Assembly (NCBI GenBank): GCA_035285125.1
Contig: JAYKHR010000048.1
Location: forward strand, 64,001 to 128,000
Source: Candidatus Sericytochromatia bacterium
Lineage (GTDB): Bacteria > Cyanobacteriota > Sericytochromatia > S15B-MN24 > JAQBPE01
Length of the DNA: 64,000 nt
Direction of reading: 5' to 3'
Shown one piece after another: positions 18,836 through 28,563 of this stretch. The notes below the pieces were generated by a model, which did no database searches, was not told the DNA's origin, and worked only from the letters and a program-made list of their open reading frames with translations. Position 1 is the first letter of the stretch; the number at the start of each line of letters is the position of its first letter. The translations under genes were made by a program, and so were the position numbers.

Positions 18836-21652
18836 ATGGCCGAGCTGCGCACCAACAGGGAAATCGTGGAGCAGGGTGAGACCGCGCTGGTCAGCACCCT
18901 GCTGCCCCTGCCCTCGGGCTGGACCGTTTTGCCCCAGCTGGTTCTGCCGGGGCACCAGTTCCACCATGAACCAGGGGACGTGGACGCCGTCGTGCTCAAC
19001 GAGCGCGGCCTGTTCCTCATCGAGTACCGACACTGGCACGGCCGGATCGAGGTGTCGGCGGCCTCGAACTGGCGCCAGGTCTTCGTCTCAGGAGATCGGC
19101 ACGAACGCCCGAACCCCTTGCCCCAGCTGCGGGCCAAGCGGGCTGGCCTGGAAAGCTTCCTGGCTGAGCGGGGCCTCGCCCGGGCGCCGATCCACCTCGT
19201 GCTGGCCTTCCCCGACCGCTCCGAGCTGGAGCTGGGCGCGGGCGACACCGCGGCCACGGCGCTCGAGGGCATTCCCGCCTTGTCGCTGGGCCAGGTGGTG
19301 GCCTGGATGCTGGCGGACAGCCCGGATCGCCCGGTGGGGGCCCTCAGCGCGCCAGACCAGGCTGCGATCGCCGAGCAGCTGCGACCGGCTAGCCCGCGCC
19401 GCCTGGTGAACCAGTACCTCCTCACGTCCACGCTGTCGCGCACCGAGAACCAGACCACCTACCTGGCCTGGGACACCCAGCTCGAGCGGACGAAGCTCCT
19501 CAAGGAGCTGCGCTACGACCCCTACCAGCAGCCTGACAAGCTGGACCGTGTCCGGAACGAACTGCTGCGGGAGGCCAAGCTCACGATGCAACTGCGGCAC
19601 GACCACATCGTGAGCGTGGAGCACGTCATCCCCCGGGACGACTGCTACTACCTCGTCACCGAGTGGATCGAGGACTGCAAGACGCTGGCGCAGGTGCTGG
19701 AGGAACACGGCCACGCCCCGCTGCCCGTGGACCAGGCCGTGGCCATCTGCCTGGCCCTCGCCGACGGCTTGGCCCATGCCCACGCCCAGGGCATCGTGCA
19801 CCGCGACGTGAGGCCGGAAAACATCCTCGTGGCGCCACGTGGCGTGGTGAAAATTGCCAACTTCGGCCTGGCCAAGCAGGCCGGCGTCGGCACGCAGCAG
19901 ACCATCGACCTGCGCCGTATGGCGCAGGAGAACCCCTATGTGGCCCCTGAGTTCAAGGTCGGGCAGGCAGGCCACCACCAGGTGGACCAGCGGTCTGACG
20001 TCTACTCGGTGGCCACCCTGCTCTACAAGCTGCTGACGGGCCGCACGCCTCAGCACCTGGACGAGAAGTACACGGACCGGCCCAGCCAGCTCAACGGCAA
20101 GGTGCCCAGCGCGCTCGACGCCGTGATCGAGAAGGGCATGCGCATCGACCCCCAGCAGCGGCTCTCGACGATGGCCGTGTTCCGCCAGCGCCTGGCCCTG
20201 TACGACCAGCCCGGGTCCTCCGAGGGGTCACGCTACACGGACCGGAAGATGGCGGCCCGGACCCTGAGCTCGCTGGTGTTCCAGGCCCACGATGAGAAGC
20301 TGCAGCGCCCCGTCGCCCTCAAGAAACTGCTGCTGGAGCCCCGCCTCACCGAGGCCGAGCGCCAGGTCCTGCTCAGCCAGTTGCTGCGAGAGGCGCAGCT
20401 GGCGAGCGGTCTGATGCACCCCTACATCGTCTCCGTGTTCGACCACTTTATCGAGGACGGCGATGGCTACATCGTGATGGAGTGGCTCGAGGGGCAGACG
20501 CTGCGGGAGCTCCTGAACCGCAAGCAGCAGCTTTCCTTGGCGCACATCAAGCAGATCGTGGACCAGGTGGGCAACGCCTTGCAGTACGCGCACAGCCAGG
20601 GCGTGGTGCACCGGGACATCAAGCCCGAGAACATCATGTTCCACGAGAACAAGGCGACGGTGCTCGACTTCGGTATCGCCCACACCCTGGACCGCGCCCA
20701 CGTCGCCGAGTTGGGCAAGACTTCGGGCACGGCCCGCTATGTCGCGCCGGAGACGCTCTCCCGCGGCGAGGCGGACGTGCGGGCCGACGTGTTCGCGCTG
20801 GGCGTCGTGGTTTACGAGTTGCTCACGAACCAGTATCCCTACAGCCCTGACGCCATCGTGGCGCGATATGCGGGCACCGTCGTGCACCCGCCTCAGCCGG
20901 CCAGCAAGCTGAACCTGGAGTGTGACGCCGCGCTGGATGCGGTGCTGGCGAGGGCGCTGGAGATCGACCCTGAGCAACGGTGGGCCACCGTCGCGGACTT
21001 CCAGAAGGCCTTCCTGAGCACCGAGAGCAGCCCGCTGAGCTTCGAACCCGAGCCCGGTGACGGCTGGTCCCGGCTTGTTGCGGTGTCGGCCGTGATCTTC
21101 GTGGTGTTCCTGGTCGTCGGGCTCTGGACCTCGCAGTCTTACAGGACCATGTTCCAGGTCTCACCCCCGCCGAGTGCCAGCCCGATGAGCCTGCCCTCTG
21201 AGGCCGCCGCCAGCGCCGCCCCGACGCCGAGCCCGACACCGACGGCCACGGTTGCTCCCTCGCCGACGCCGACGCCGGAGGCCGCGTGGCGCAGCCAGCC
21301 CGAGACCGTGGAAGGCGTGACGATGAGCGTCACGGAGGTGGCCAGCCAGGCGGGCCGCACGCGCGTGCAGCTTCGGGTGGCGAACGCCAGCCAGGACACC
21401 GTCGCCTTCCTGAACCGTTCCGACCGCCCCGAGCTGTTCGTGTGCTACGACAACCTGGCCAACGACCTTTCAGAGGCCCTCGACATCCGAAGCGTCGATG
21501 CCTCCCTGCTCAGGATCGAGCCGGGGCAGACGGTGACGGGAACCTTCACGCTCGACACCGATGTGCGGGCCCGGGCCCAGGGCCTGGTCATGACCCTGAT
21601 GGAGGACGGCGGCAAGGGCCGCAAGTTCACGCTACGGAGCGCTGCCCTCTAG
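18836..21652 (+). CDS. NERD domain, pseudokinase, Ser/Thr kinase, TM helix and extracellular domain
   Basis: NERD-like DVDAVVLNERGLFLIEYRHWHG..NPL.Q; kinase 1 HRDVRPEN/ANFG; kinase 2 HRDIKPEN/DFG; TM LVAVSAVIFVVFLVVGLW; Pro/Thr linker. Confidence 0.88.
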   Translation: MAELRTNREIVEQGETALVSTLLPLPSGWTVLPQLVLPGHQFHHEPGDVDAVVLNERGLFLIEYRHWHGRIEVSAASNWRQVFVSGDRHERPNPLPQLRAKRAGLESFLAERGLARAPIHLVLAFPDRSELELGAGDTAATALEGIPALSLGQVVAWMLADSPDRPVGALSAPDQAAIAEQLRPASPRRLVNQYLLTSTLSRTENQTTYLAWDTQLERTKLLKELRYDPYQQPDKLDRVRNELLREAKLTMQLRHDHIVSVEHVIPRDDCYYLVTEWIEDCKTLAQVLEEHGHAPLPVDQAVAICLALADGLAHAHAQGIVHRDVRPENILVAPRGVVKIANFGLAKQAGVGTQQTIDLRRMAQENPYVAPEFKVGQAGHHQVDQRSDVYSVATLLYKLLTGRTPQHLDEKYTDRPSQLNGKVPSALDAVIEKGMRIDPQQRLSTMAVFRQRLALYDQPGSSEGSRYTDRKMAARTLSSLVFQAHDEKLQRPVALKKLLLEPRLTEAERQVLLSQLLREAQLASGLMHPYIVSVFDHFIEDGDGYIVMEWLEGQTLRELLNRKQQLSLAHIKQIVDQVGNALQYAHSQGVVHRDIKPENIMFHENKATVLDFGIAHTLDRAHVAELGKTSGTARYVAPETLSRGEADVRADVFALGVVVYELLTNQYPYSPDAIVARYAGTVVHPPQPASKLNLECDAALDAVLARALEIDPEQRWATVADFQKAFLSTESSPLSFEPEPGDGWSRLVAVSAVIFVVFLVVGLWTSQSYRTMFQVSPPPSASPMSLPSEAAASAAPTPSPTPTATVAPSPTPTPEAAWRSQPETVEGVTMSVTEVASQAGRTRVQLRVANASQDTVAFLNRSDRPELFVCYDNLANDLSEALDIRSVDASLLRIEPGQTVTGTFTLDTDVRARAQGLVMTLMEDGGKGRKFTLRSAAL

Positions 21653-21813
21653 CCCTGGGCCTCGATGACCTGGATGTCGTCGAGGTAGACGCCGCGCGTC
21701 GGCCCGGCGAGGGTCCCGAAGCTGCCGCGGAACCTCAGCGACAGGGAGCCACCGGCCCCCGCAGGTGGAGGCGTTAACGGGGTGGAAGCCCCATCCCCCC
21801 GGGGCCTGCCCTG

Positions 21814-22749
21814 TCACCCGGCGGCATCGGGCGCTGCCTCCGCGAGCACCTCGGGCCCCATCCACCAGGCAGCCCGCCAGGACGAGACCGGCTCCACCTC
21901 GCCAGGCCCATAAAGGCGGTGGACAGCTGCGTTGACGTCCGTCGTGTGGAACCGCATCTCGGCGTACCCTGCGGACAGCAACGCCCGCTGAGCGGCGCGA
22001 ACCAGCAGGCGCCCCAACCCCCGTCCGCGGGCCGCCGGGTCCACCACGACCTCGTAGAGCAAGGGGCCGTGCTCGCTCTGCGTGACCCACACCGCGCCCA
22101 GGGCCCGACCGCCTTCCCGGACCAGGTAGGACGCCTCTCGCATCAGCGCCCCACCGGGGGCCGCAAGGCCGCACATGTGCGCCTCGAGGGCTTGGCGCGT
22201 GGGCACCTCCGGTTGGCACAGGGCAAGCCCGGACACCGTCCCGGCGTTGCCGGCTGCCACCAACCGCGCGAGGTCGGCGAGGTGGCCATCATCCCAGGGC
22301 TCGACGCCACCCGGCGCCACCGTGGGGCTCGCGAGGTCGGCCACCCGCGGCAGGTGGTCAACGAACACCTGGTGCGTGACAGGCTGAAGCCCTGCCCCCA
22401 AACCCGCCTCCAGCCAGGCGATGCCCGCCGTCTCGGCCATCGTCACCAGGCTTGCGTCGCGCTGCAGCAACGAAAGGGCCTCTCGAACGCCCAAACGGTC
22501 AGGTTCGCCGAGGCCGAACAGCAGGGCGCGATGGCCGGGCGCTGGCCGCGTCACGCCCAGCACCACGCGTGCCCCCCTCTCGGGCTCCGCCAGCACCAGC
22601 TGGAGCAGGCCCGTGCGCGCCGCAAACCGGAGCTGGGACCGCCAGTCCTGGAACACGGAGGCGTCCTCCACCCCCAGCGCCTCTGGAGACAGCAGCGGGA
22701 GCCAGAGCGCCTCCTCCTCGGCGCGCAGCACCCGGACCGGGTGGTTCAC
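21814..22749 (-). CDS. GNAT family N-acetyltransferase
   Basis: VVVDPAARGRGLGRLL acetyl-CoA motif and N.AVHRLY. Confidence 0.8.
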   Translation of the reverse strand: MNHPVRVLRAEEEALWLPLLSPEALGVEDASVFQDWRSQLRFAARTGLLQLVLAEPERGARVVLGVTRPAPGHRALLFGLGEPDRLGVREALSLLQRDASLVTMAETAGIAWLEAGLGAGLQPVTHQVFVDHLPRVADLASPTVAPGGVEPWDDGHLADLARLVAAGNAGTVSGLALCQPEVPTRQALEAHMCGLAAPGGALMREASYLVREGGRALGAVWVTQSEHGPLLYEVVVDPAARGRGLGRLLVRAAQRALLSAGYAEMRFHTTDVNAAVHRLYGPGEVEPVSSWRAAWWMGPEVLAEAAPDAAG

Positions 22750-22753
22750 GCCG

Positions 22754-23623
22754 TCAGGGGTGGTACTGATAGGGCAGCTCCACGCGCCCCTCGAACGGGA
22801 AGAGGGCCGCCAGGGCTGGCATCCCCTGGACTCGCTCGGCGAGTTCCAGCAGGGTCACCAGGCGGCTGTTGAGGTTCTGCCACTCCGGGTCGTCCAGGGC
22901 CTCGCGCCGCGGCCCCTCCGGGAGGGCGGCCAGGCCGGCGGCGCTGTCCCGCGCCCAGTCCAGGAGCGCATAAGCCTCCTCGAGGATCGGCCCCAAGCTG
23001 CCCAGAAACATCTGGGTCTCCCGGTGCGCTGCGGCCTCTCGCGACAGCGCCTCGGCAGCCCCGGCCTGAGCCGCCTCGTCTCCCTCGAAGGGCCGGAGGT
23101 CGATGCCCGTCGCGCGGCAGACGACGTCGATGCCCTGCCGGTTGCGGAACCAGTGGTAGTCCAGCATCGCCACGTCCAACAAGGCGCGCCTCAGCCTCAC
23201 CTCGAGGTTCTCCTGAGGGGCCTGGACCTTGAAGGGGACCTGCTCCGGGAAGTCGGCCCGGGGCGTGAACTCGGGCACGTCGGCGATCTGGCGCAGGTTG
23301 CCCTCGAGGACGCCGACTTCGGCATCCAGCAATGCCACCTGCCGCCCGTACATGGTGTCGAGCAGCGTCATCCGGCTGATGTGCTCGTGCAGGCTGGGCT
23401 GCCCCTGCAGCGTCAGCATCTTGTCGAGCAGCTCCCGCGCTTCGGCCTGCTGCGACCGCGCGTGGGCCTGCCGCTCGCGCGCCATTTCGAGGAAGCGCTC
23501 GGTGGTCGTGCGGGCCCTGCCCATCGCCTGCGCCACATTGCCCTTCATCTCCTCGAACTGGCGCTGGGCCTCCTGCACCGCCTGCTGCTGCTCAGGCGTC
23601 AGGTTGGCGGTCGGTTCGGCCAT
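22754..23623 (-). CDS. Hypothetical alpha-helical/coiled-coil protein
   Basis: AGGAGGA RBS, GC-rich third codon positions, Q/E/A-rich heptads; 4 bp from the GNAT start. Confidence 0.75.
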   Translation of the reverse strand: MAEPTANLTPEQQQAVQEAQRQFEEMKGNVAQAMGRARTTTERFLEMARERQAHARSQQAEARELLDKMLTLQGQPSLHEHISRMTLLDTMYGRQVALLDAEVGVLEGNLRQIADVPEFTPRADFPEQVPFKVQAPQENLEVRLRRALLDVAMLDYHWFRNRQGIDVVCRATGIDLRPFEGDEAAQAGAAEALSREAAAHRETQMFLGSLGPILEEAYALLDWARDSAAGLAALPEGPRREALDDPEWQNLNSRLVTLLELAERVQGMPALAALFPFEGRVELPYQYHP

Positions 23624-23741
23624 GGTGTTCCTCCTGGGGGTGTCGGGCAGGGGCGCGCCCGCGCGAGCCCCCGCCCCTTATTCCCAAAAAACACCCGGAC
23701 CTGTCGGGTCCGGGTGTCCTCGGTCTGAGGAGGGGGCTGAC

Positions 23742-24074
23742 TCAGGCCTGGGTCAGGGCCTGGTCGACGGCCTGGAAGGCCTGCCCTGCCGGCGACGCTT
23801 TGAGGACATCGCCCGCGGCCGTCTTGAAGGCGTCCCAGGCCTTGGCGATGTCCGCCTTTGCCGCGCTGGCGTTGGCCTCGCTGCGCCGGTCCTCAGCGGC
23901 CACCTGGCCCCGCTTTTCCTCCATCTTGGCGATGTAGCCGCCGGCGGTCTCCACCAGGCCCGCTGCGGCGCTGAGGGCCGTGCCGAGTCCCGGCATGACG
24001 AGGTTGGCGAGAGGGGCGATCTCCTTGACGAAGTTCGCCACGCTGCCCAGTGCTTTTCCGATGCCTCCACCCAT
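23742..24074 (-). CDS. Small Ala/Gly-rich helical hypothetical protein
   Basis: GGAGGA RBS, ATG at 24074, coherent codon usage. Confidence 0.75.
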   Translation of the reverse strand: MGGGIGKALGSVANFVKEIAPLANLVMPGLGTALSAAAGLVETAGGYIAKMEEKRGQVAAEDRRSEANASAAKADIAKAWDAFKTAAGDVLKASPAGQAFQAVDQALTQA

Positions 24075-24248
24075 GGTCGTGTTCCTCCATACCTGAAGCG
24101 AGCCTGAGCCCGCGCCTTGCCCTCGGTCCGGTGGAGCCCGCCAGGGCGTCCCCACGAGGTTCATATACCGAGGCTGACCCGCCGCGGTGCTGGAGGAAAC
24201 AGAAACTTAACAGTCATTTGAACGGGCGCCAACAGATCGGCCCAGGCC

Positions 24249-25985
24249 TCACAGGGAGGGCACGAGGTTGAGGCTGATGCTCTTGTCTTCCGGCACGAGG
24301 ATCGGAAAGGACTGCGGCGCGAAGCCCGGCGCGGTGACGGTCACGCGGTGCTCCCCGCGGGTGAGCCCCGCAAGCACGAACCGGCCGTCGCGGTCCGTCG
24401 CGACGGGGCGGCCCCCGACCGTCACGCGGACCCCACTCAGGGGTTCGCCCGTGTTGATGTTGTAGACCGTCCCGGCAAAGGAGAAGCCAGGACGAGCCGC
24501 CGCCTCGCGGCGCGTCGGCCTGGCGGACTGCAAAGTGGCAGGTGTGGGGAGGGCCGTGGGCGCAGAACGGGGGGTGGCGCGCACCGCCGCGCGGGCCGTG
24601 GGCGTCGGCCCGCGCGTCGGGGAACCCGTTGGGGCCGGCGTCGGTTGGGGCGTGGAGGGCGTCGCCGGGGCCGAGGAGGCGTCGGACGACGGCATATCAG
24701 CCGGCTTGTGGTCGAAGATGACGACGAAGTTCTTGCCGGACCACTGCCACGTGAAGTGCTTACCCAGGGGCCGCGAGGTCGTCAGGACCACACGCGCCAC
24801 GCCTCCCTCATGTTGGGTCAACTCGGCGCTGCGCACCAGCGCCCCCGGATAAGCCCGGGTCACGGGATCCGCCACGGCCACGCCGGGGAGGTCGATCACC
24901 AACCGCGGCGGCGCCTCCAGCGTCTCAATGCGAGGCTGGACCTTGCTCGTAACGGGTAGCAGGAAGAAGCGCACCTCGTCGTCGTAGGTGAAGGAGCCCG
25001 CCCGCGCGAGCCCGGCGCGCGGTGCCGCGGACTTGGCCGGCGGAACAGGACCCGGCTTCGGTGTCTGCCGCGGCGTGGGCGTTGGACGGGGCGTCGGCGT
25101 CGGCGTCGGCGTCGGCTTACCCGTCGGCTGCGGCGTCGGCTTGGCCGTCGGCTGCGGCGTCGGCTTAACCGTCGGCTGCGGCGTCGGCTTGGCCGAAGGC
25201 GTCGGCATGACCGTCGGCGTCGCCTCGACCGGCGGCTGCTGTGCCGGCTTAACCGTCGGCGTCGGCGTGGGCGTCGACTGAATCGTCGGCTCGGGCATCA
25301 GCTTCGGTGTTGGCTTTGCCGTCGGCTGCGGCGTCGGCTTGGGCGTCGGCTGCGGCGTTGGCTTGGCCGTCGGTTTCGGCGCCGGCTTAGGCGTCGGCTT
25401 CGGCGTCGGTTTCGGCGTCGGTTTGGCCGTCGGCTGCGGTGTCGGCTTCGGCGTCGGCTGCGGCGTCGGTTTGGGCGTCGGTTTGGGAGTCGGTTTGGGC
25501 GTCGGTTTGGGCGTCGGCTTGGCCGTCGGCTTCGGCGTCGGCTTGGCCGTCGGCTTGGCCGTCGGCTTGGCCGTCGGCTGCGGCGTCGGCTTGGCCGTCG
25601 GCTGCGGGACAGGCAGCGCCCCGAGTTCCAACATCAGGACGCCGCGAGCCGCTCGGGCGCGCCAAGCGCCGTTCAAGGGCCGCCTCAGGTGCACCTCGAT
25701 GCGGGCATCGAGGCCGTCGCGTCGGACGGTGATGCGGGTGGCCACCCCGCCCGTCGTCTCCCAGTCGCCCTCGAGCATCCGGGCGGTCCAGGGGACCACG
25801 ACCGTCAACTTGGCCGGGCGCGCACGCTCCCGGATGGCCGGCACGCCCTCGTGCCAGGGCATCGCCAGCGTGCCCGTGGTCGCCTCATAGCGCACCTCCG
25901 GGTCTACCGCGGCAGGTTGCGCAAGGGACGGTTGGCCGCCCAGGAGGGCCAGCGACAGCAGCAGGGCGAGAAGGTGGCGCGACAT
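24249..25985 (-). CDS. Secreted AMIN-like domain protein with a long Pro/Thr/Lys linker and a C-terminal carboxypeptidase-regulatory-like domain
   Basis: Signal peptide [24 protein letters not shown]-like [42 protein letters not shown]. Confidence 0.8.
   Translation of the reverse strand: MSRHLLALLLSLALLGGQPSLAQPAAVDPEVRYEATTGTLAMPWHEGVPAIRERARPAKLTVVVPWTARMLEGDWETTGGVATRITVRRDGLDARIEVHLRRPLNGAWRARAARGVLMLELGALPVPQPTAKPTPQPTAKPTAKPTAKPTPKPTAKPTPKPTPKPTPKPTPKPTPQPTPKPTPQPTAKPTPKPTPKPTPKPAPKPTAKPTPQPTPKPTPQPTAKPTPKLMPEPTIQSTPTPTPTVKPAQQPPVEATPTVMPTPSAKPTPQPTVKPTPQPTAKPTPQPTGKPTPTPTPTPRPTPTPRQTPKPGPVPPAKSAAPRAGLARAGSFTYDDEVRFFLLPVTSKVQPRIETLEAPPRLVIDLPGVAVADPVTRAYPGALVRSAELTQHEGGVARVVLTTSRPLGKHFTWQWSGKNFVVIFDHKPADMPSSDASSAPATPSTPQPTPAPTGSPTRGPTPTARAAVRATPRSAPTALPTPATLQSARPTRREAAARPGFSFAGTVYNINTGEPLSGVRVTVGGRPVATDRDGRFVLAGLTRGEHRVTVTAPGFAPQSFPILVPEDKSISLNLVPSL
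25050..25607. repeat. 12-bp tandem repeats encoding PT(A/P)(K/Q) tetrapeptides
   Basis: Runs of cggcgtcggctt / ggccgtcggctt, giving [12 protein letters not shown] on the minus strand. Confidence 0.95.
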
Positions 25986-26102
25986 CGGCTTCGTCGTGGG
26001 GCTCCGGACGGCGCGCAACGGGATGCGGCCCGAACTGCCACAGTGTACCCGAAGACACGGAGGGCGAACAGCCACGACCGGCGAGCCGGGTATACTGGGC
26101 GC

Positions 26103-26618
26103 GTGCTGAACATCGTCCTGGTCGAACCTGAGATCCCCCCCAACACTGGCAATGTCTCCCGGCTTTGCGCCGGCCTGGACGCCGCCCTTCACCTGGTGGA
26201 GCCGCTGGGGTTCTCGATTGACGATCGCCACCTCAAGCGCGCAGGGCTCGACTACTGGCCGGCCGTCCGGCTGCATGTGCATCCGAACTTCGCGGCGCTC
26301 AGGGCCGCGTTTCCGACAGCCAGGTGGGTGTTCACGAGTGCCCGCGCGGAGCGGCTGCACACCGACTGGTCCTTCGAGCCCGAGGATTTCCTGGTCTTCG
26401 GCAAGGAGACCTCCGGGCTCCCCGCCGAGTTCCTCGCCAACGAAGCGGCGCGCACGATCCGCATTCCCCACTGGGGACCGGTCCGCAGCCTGAACCTTTC
26501 GAACGCCGTCGCCGTCGTGGCTTATGAGGCCATGCGGCAGTTCCAGGTGCGTGACCTCATCCCACCGCCCGTGCCTCGCCTGGCGGACCGCCCCCCCGAG
26601 CCCTTCGCAGCCCCTTGA
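26103..26618 (+). CDS. trmL: tRNA (cytidine34-2'-O)-methyltransferase
   Basis: [39 protein letters not shown]. Confidence 0.96.
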   Translation: MLNIVLVEPEIPPNTGNVSRLCAGLDAALHLVEPLGFSIDDRHLKRAGLDYWPAVRLHVHPNFAALRAAFPTARWVFTSARAERLHTDWSFEPEDFLVFGKETSGLPAEFLANEAARTIRIPHWGPVRSLNLSNAVAVVAYEAMRQFQVRDLIPPPVPRLADRPPEPFAAP

Positions 26619-26620
26619 CC

Positions 26621-27226
26621 ATGCGCCGAGCCATAGCAGCCCTTCTCGCCTTGGCCCTGGCGTCCTCGCCCGCCCTCGCGGCCGAGGATCCCAAGGCCGA
26701 GATCACGACGTCGCCCACCACGTCGCAGGAGGATGCCCTCTCCCGCGGCGAGATCGTGGTGCACATGGTCAACCGTCACCCCATCTACCACATGGACGTC
26801 TATGGGGTGGTCGACGCCCCCTTCGAGCGGGTGTGGCGGGCGGTGACCAGCTACGACAAGTACCACCAGTTCCTGCCCATGGTCGTCGAGTGCGGCGTCC
26901 GGAAACGCGCCCGGGACGGCACGTGGCAGTACGTGAAGATGCAGCCGCCTTGGCCGATGCACCACCACTGGATGGTCAACATCAACGTCGAGCGCAAGCA
27001 CAAGGGGACCGTCGCCTGGACCATGGCCGATGGCAACCTGCGGTTCGAGCGCGGCTACTGGCAGATGACGCCGGTGGGGACCGAGCGAACGCGGCTGCAG
27101 TACCACCTGACGCTGGACCCCTGGCTGGACATCGTGCCCAGCTGGCTGATCGAGTGGGCGACGCGCTCGGTGCTGCCAGACGTGATCCGGGGCGTGCGGC
27201 AGCGCGTGCGCCAGCCGGCCGCCTGA
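26621..27226 (+). CDS. Secreted SRPBCC/START (polyketide cyclase-like) domain protein
   Basis: Signal peptide ending [26 protein letters not shown]. Confidence 0.8.
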   Translation: MRRAIAALLALALASSPALAAEDPKAEITTSPTTSQEDALSRGEIVVHMVNRHPIYHMDVYGVVDAPFERVWRAVTSYDKYHQFLPMVVECGVRKRARDGTWQYVKMQPPWPMHHHWMVNINVERKHKGTVAWTMADGNLRFERGYWQMTPVGTERTRLQYHLTLDPWLDIVPSWLIEWATRSVLPDVIRGVRQRVRQPAA

Positions 27227-27305
27227 GCCCGCGCCCCGGCTGCCCGGTGTGGCCCGTGCCCCCAGCGGCTAGGATGGGCGGCGCGAGGCAGGGGGGAGCG
27301 AAGCG

Positions 27306-27920
27306 ATGCAGCGAAGCCTGATGGGGATGGTGGACGTGGCCGTGCAGACCCTGCGCGGCGTGAGGCTGGGGACCATCCAGGACGCGTGGCTTGACCCCGG
27401 GGAGCACCGCCTCGTCTCGTTCGTCGTGGCCTGGGACGACGAGCGGGTGCTGGACCGTGCCGAGGCCCTGCCCGTGCAGGACGTGCTCGAACTCACCCCC
27501 GAGACGGCCACGGTGGAGGACGAACTCGGCACGTGCCGGGGGCTGGACCTGCACCCCCCTGAGGACGAGGGGGCACTGCTGCTGGCCCGCGAGACGGTGG
27601 TGGGGATGTGGGTCGAGGATGAGGCCGGCCACCTGCTCGGCTGCATCAGCGACGTGCTGTTCGACCCGCAGGATGGCTCCGTGCGGGCCTATGAGTACGT
27701 GCCCGGCGAGGACCCCGAGGCCGTGGTCGACACGATGCTGCTCGGCCCGTGCCGGGGGATGCGCTTCGACGACGAACGTGCCCTGGTGGTTCCCACGGGG
27801 GCCCGCCCCAGCAGGCTGCCGAAGCTCGAGGTCGTGTTGCTGGAGGACCTCGGCCTCGAAGACCCGCTCGGTGACGAGGACGTCGAGGTGCTCCGCGGTC
27901 AGCCGATGGCAGAGCCCTGA
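27306..27920 (+). CDS. PRC-barrel domain protein (two barrels)
   Basis: V.TLRG.RLGTIQD..LDP and VGMWVEDEAGHLLG.ISDVLFDP.DGSV. Confidence 0.78.
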   Translation: MQRSLMGMVDVAVQTLRGVRLGTIQDAWLDPGEHRLVSFVVAWDDERVLDRAEALPVQDVLELTPETATVEDELGTCRGLDLHPPEDEGALLLARETVVGMWVEDEAGHLLGCISDVLFDPQDGSVRAYEYVPGEDPEAVVDTMLLGPCRGMRFDDERALVVPTGARPSRLPKLEVVLLEDLGLEDPLGDEDVEVLRGQPMAEP

Positions 27921-27924
27921 GCAG

Positions 27925-28563
27925 CTACCGGCCCGCGGGCGCCGGGGGCGGGGCAGCAGGCCGTGCCAGCTCGAAGGTGTCCGTCAGGCGGATGTAGGTG
28001 GCGCCGCCGCACCGCGCGATGGGTTGCCAGCCGGCGCTCGGGCGAACGGCGCCGTCAAGGAAGACGTCGTCGCGGACGTGGGCCCGCACCACCGTGCCGA
28101 TCACGAGGCTGCCGCTGCCAGGGCCCTGCCCCACCTCGACCACCTGGTACGTCTGGCACTCCAGGCTGACGGGGGACTCCAGCACGCGCGGCGCCTTGAC
28201 CACCTCGCAGGCAGCCGGCGTGAAACCAGCCGCCTCGAATTCGCTGACCTCGGGCGCAAAGTCCGCCGAGGTGAGGTTCATGGCATCTGCCCAGCGCTCG
28301 TCCACCACGTTGACGACGAACTCCCCGGAGGCCTCCAGGTTCTTCAGCGTGTCCTTCTTCTCGGCGGCGGGCCCACGTCGCATCGGGGCAAAGCAGATGG
28401 TGAGCGGGTTGGCGCACACGACGGTGAAGAAGCTGAACGGGGCCAGGTTTGGCACGCCGTCTGGCCCAAGCGTCGACACGAAGGCGATCGGCCGGGGCAC
28501 AACCACGCTCGTGACGAGCCGGTAGGCGTCGTTCCAGGAGCCTGCGGCGGGGTCGAGGATCAC
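27925..28563 (-). CDS. Flavin reductase family protein
   Basis: VVPRPIAFVST..NLAPFSFF, KDTLKN..GEFVVN, ESPVSLEC; GTG overlaps the hmgA stop. Confidence 0.92.
   Translation of the reverse strand: MILDPAAGSWNDAYRLVTSVVVPRPIAFVSTLGPDGVPNLAPFSFFTVVCANPLTICFAPMRRGPAAEKKDTLKNLEASGEFVVNVVDERWADAMNLTSADFAPEVSEFEAAGFTPAACEVVKAPRVLESPVSLECQTYQVVEVGQGPGSGSLVIGTVVRAHVRDDVFLDGAVRPSAGWQPIARCGGATYIRLTDTFELARPAAPPPAPAGR

Noticed and set aside
18836..21652. BREX/Pgl defence system
   Set aside because: There is only a PglW-like N-terminal architecture. No pglX, pglY, pglZ or brx genes are present, and the protein has a TM helix and extracellular domain.
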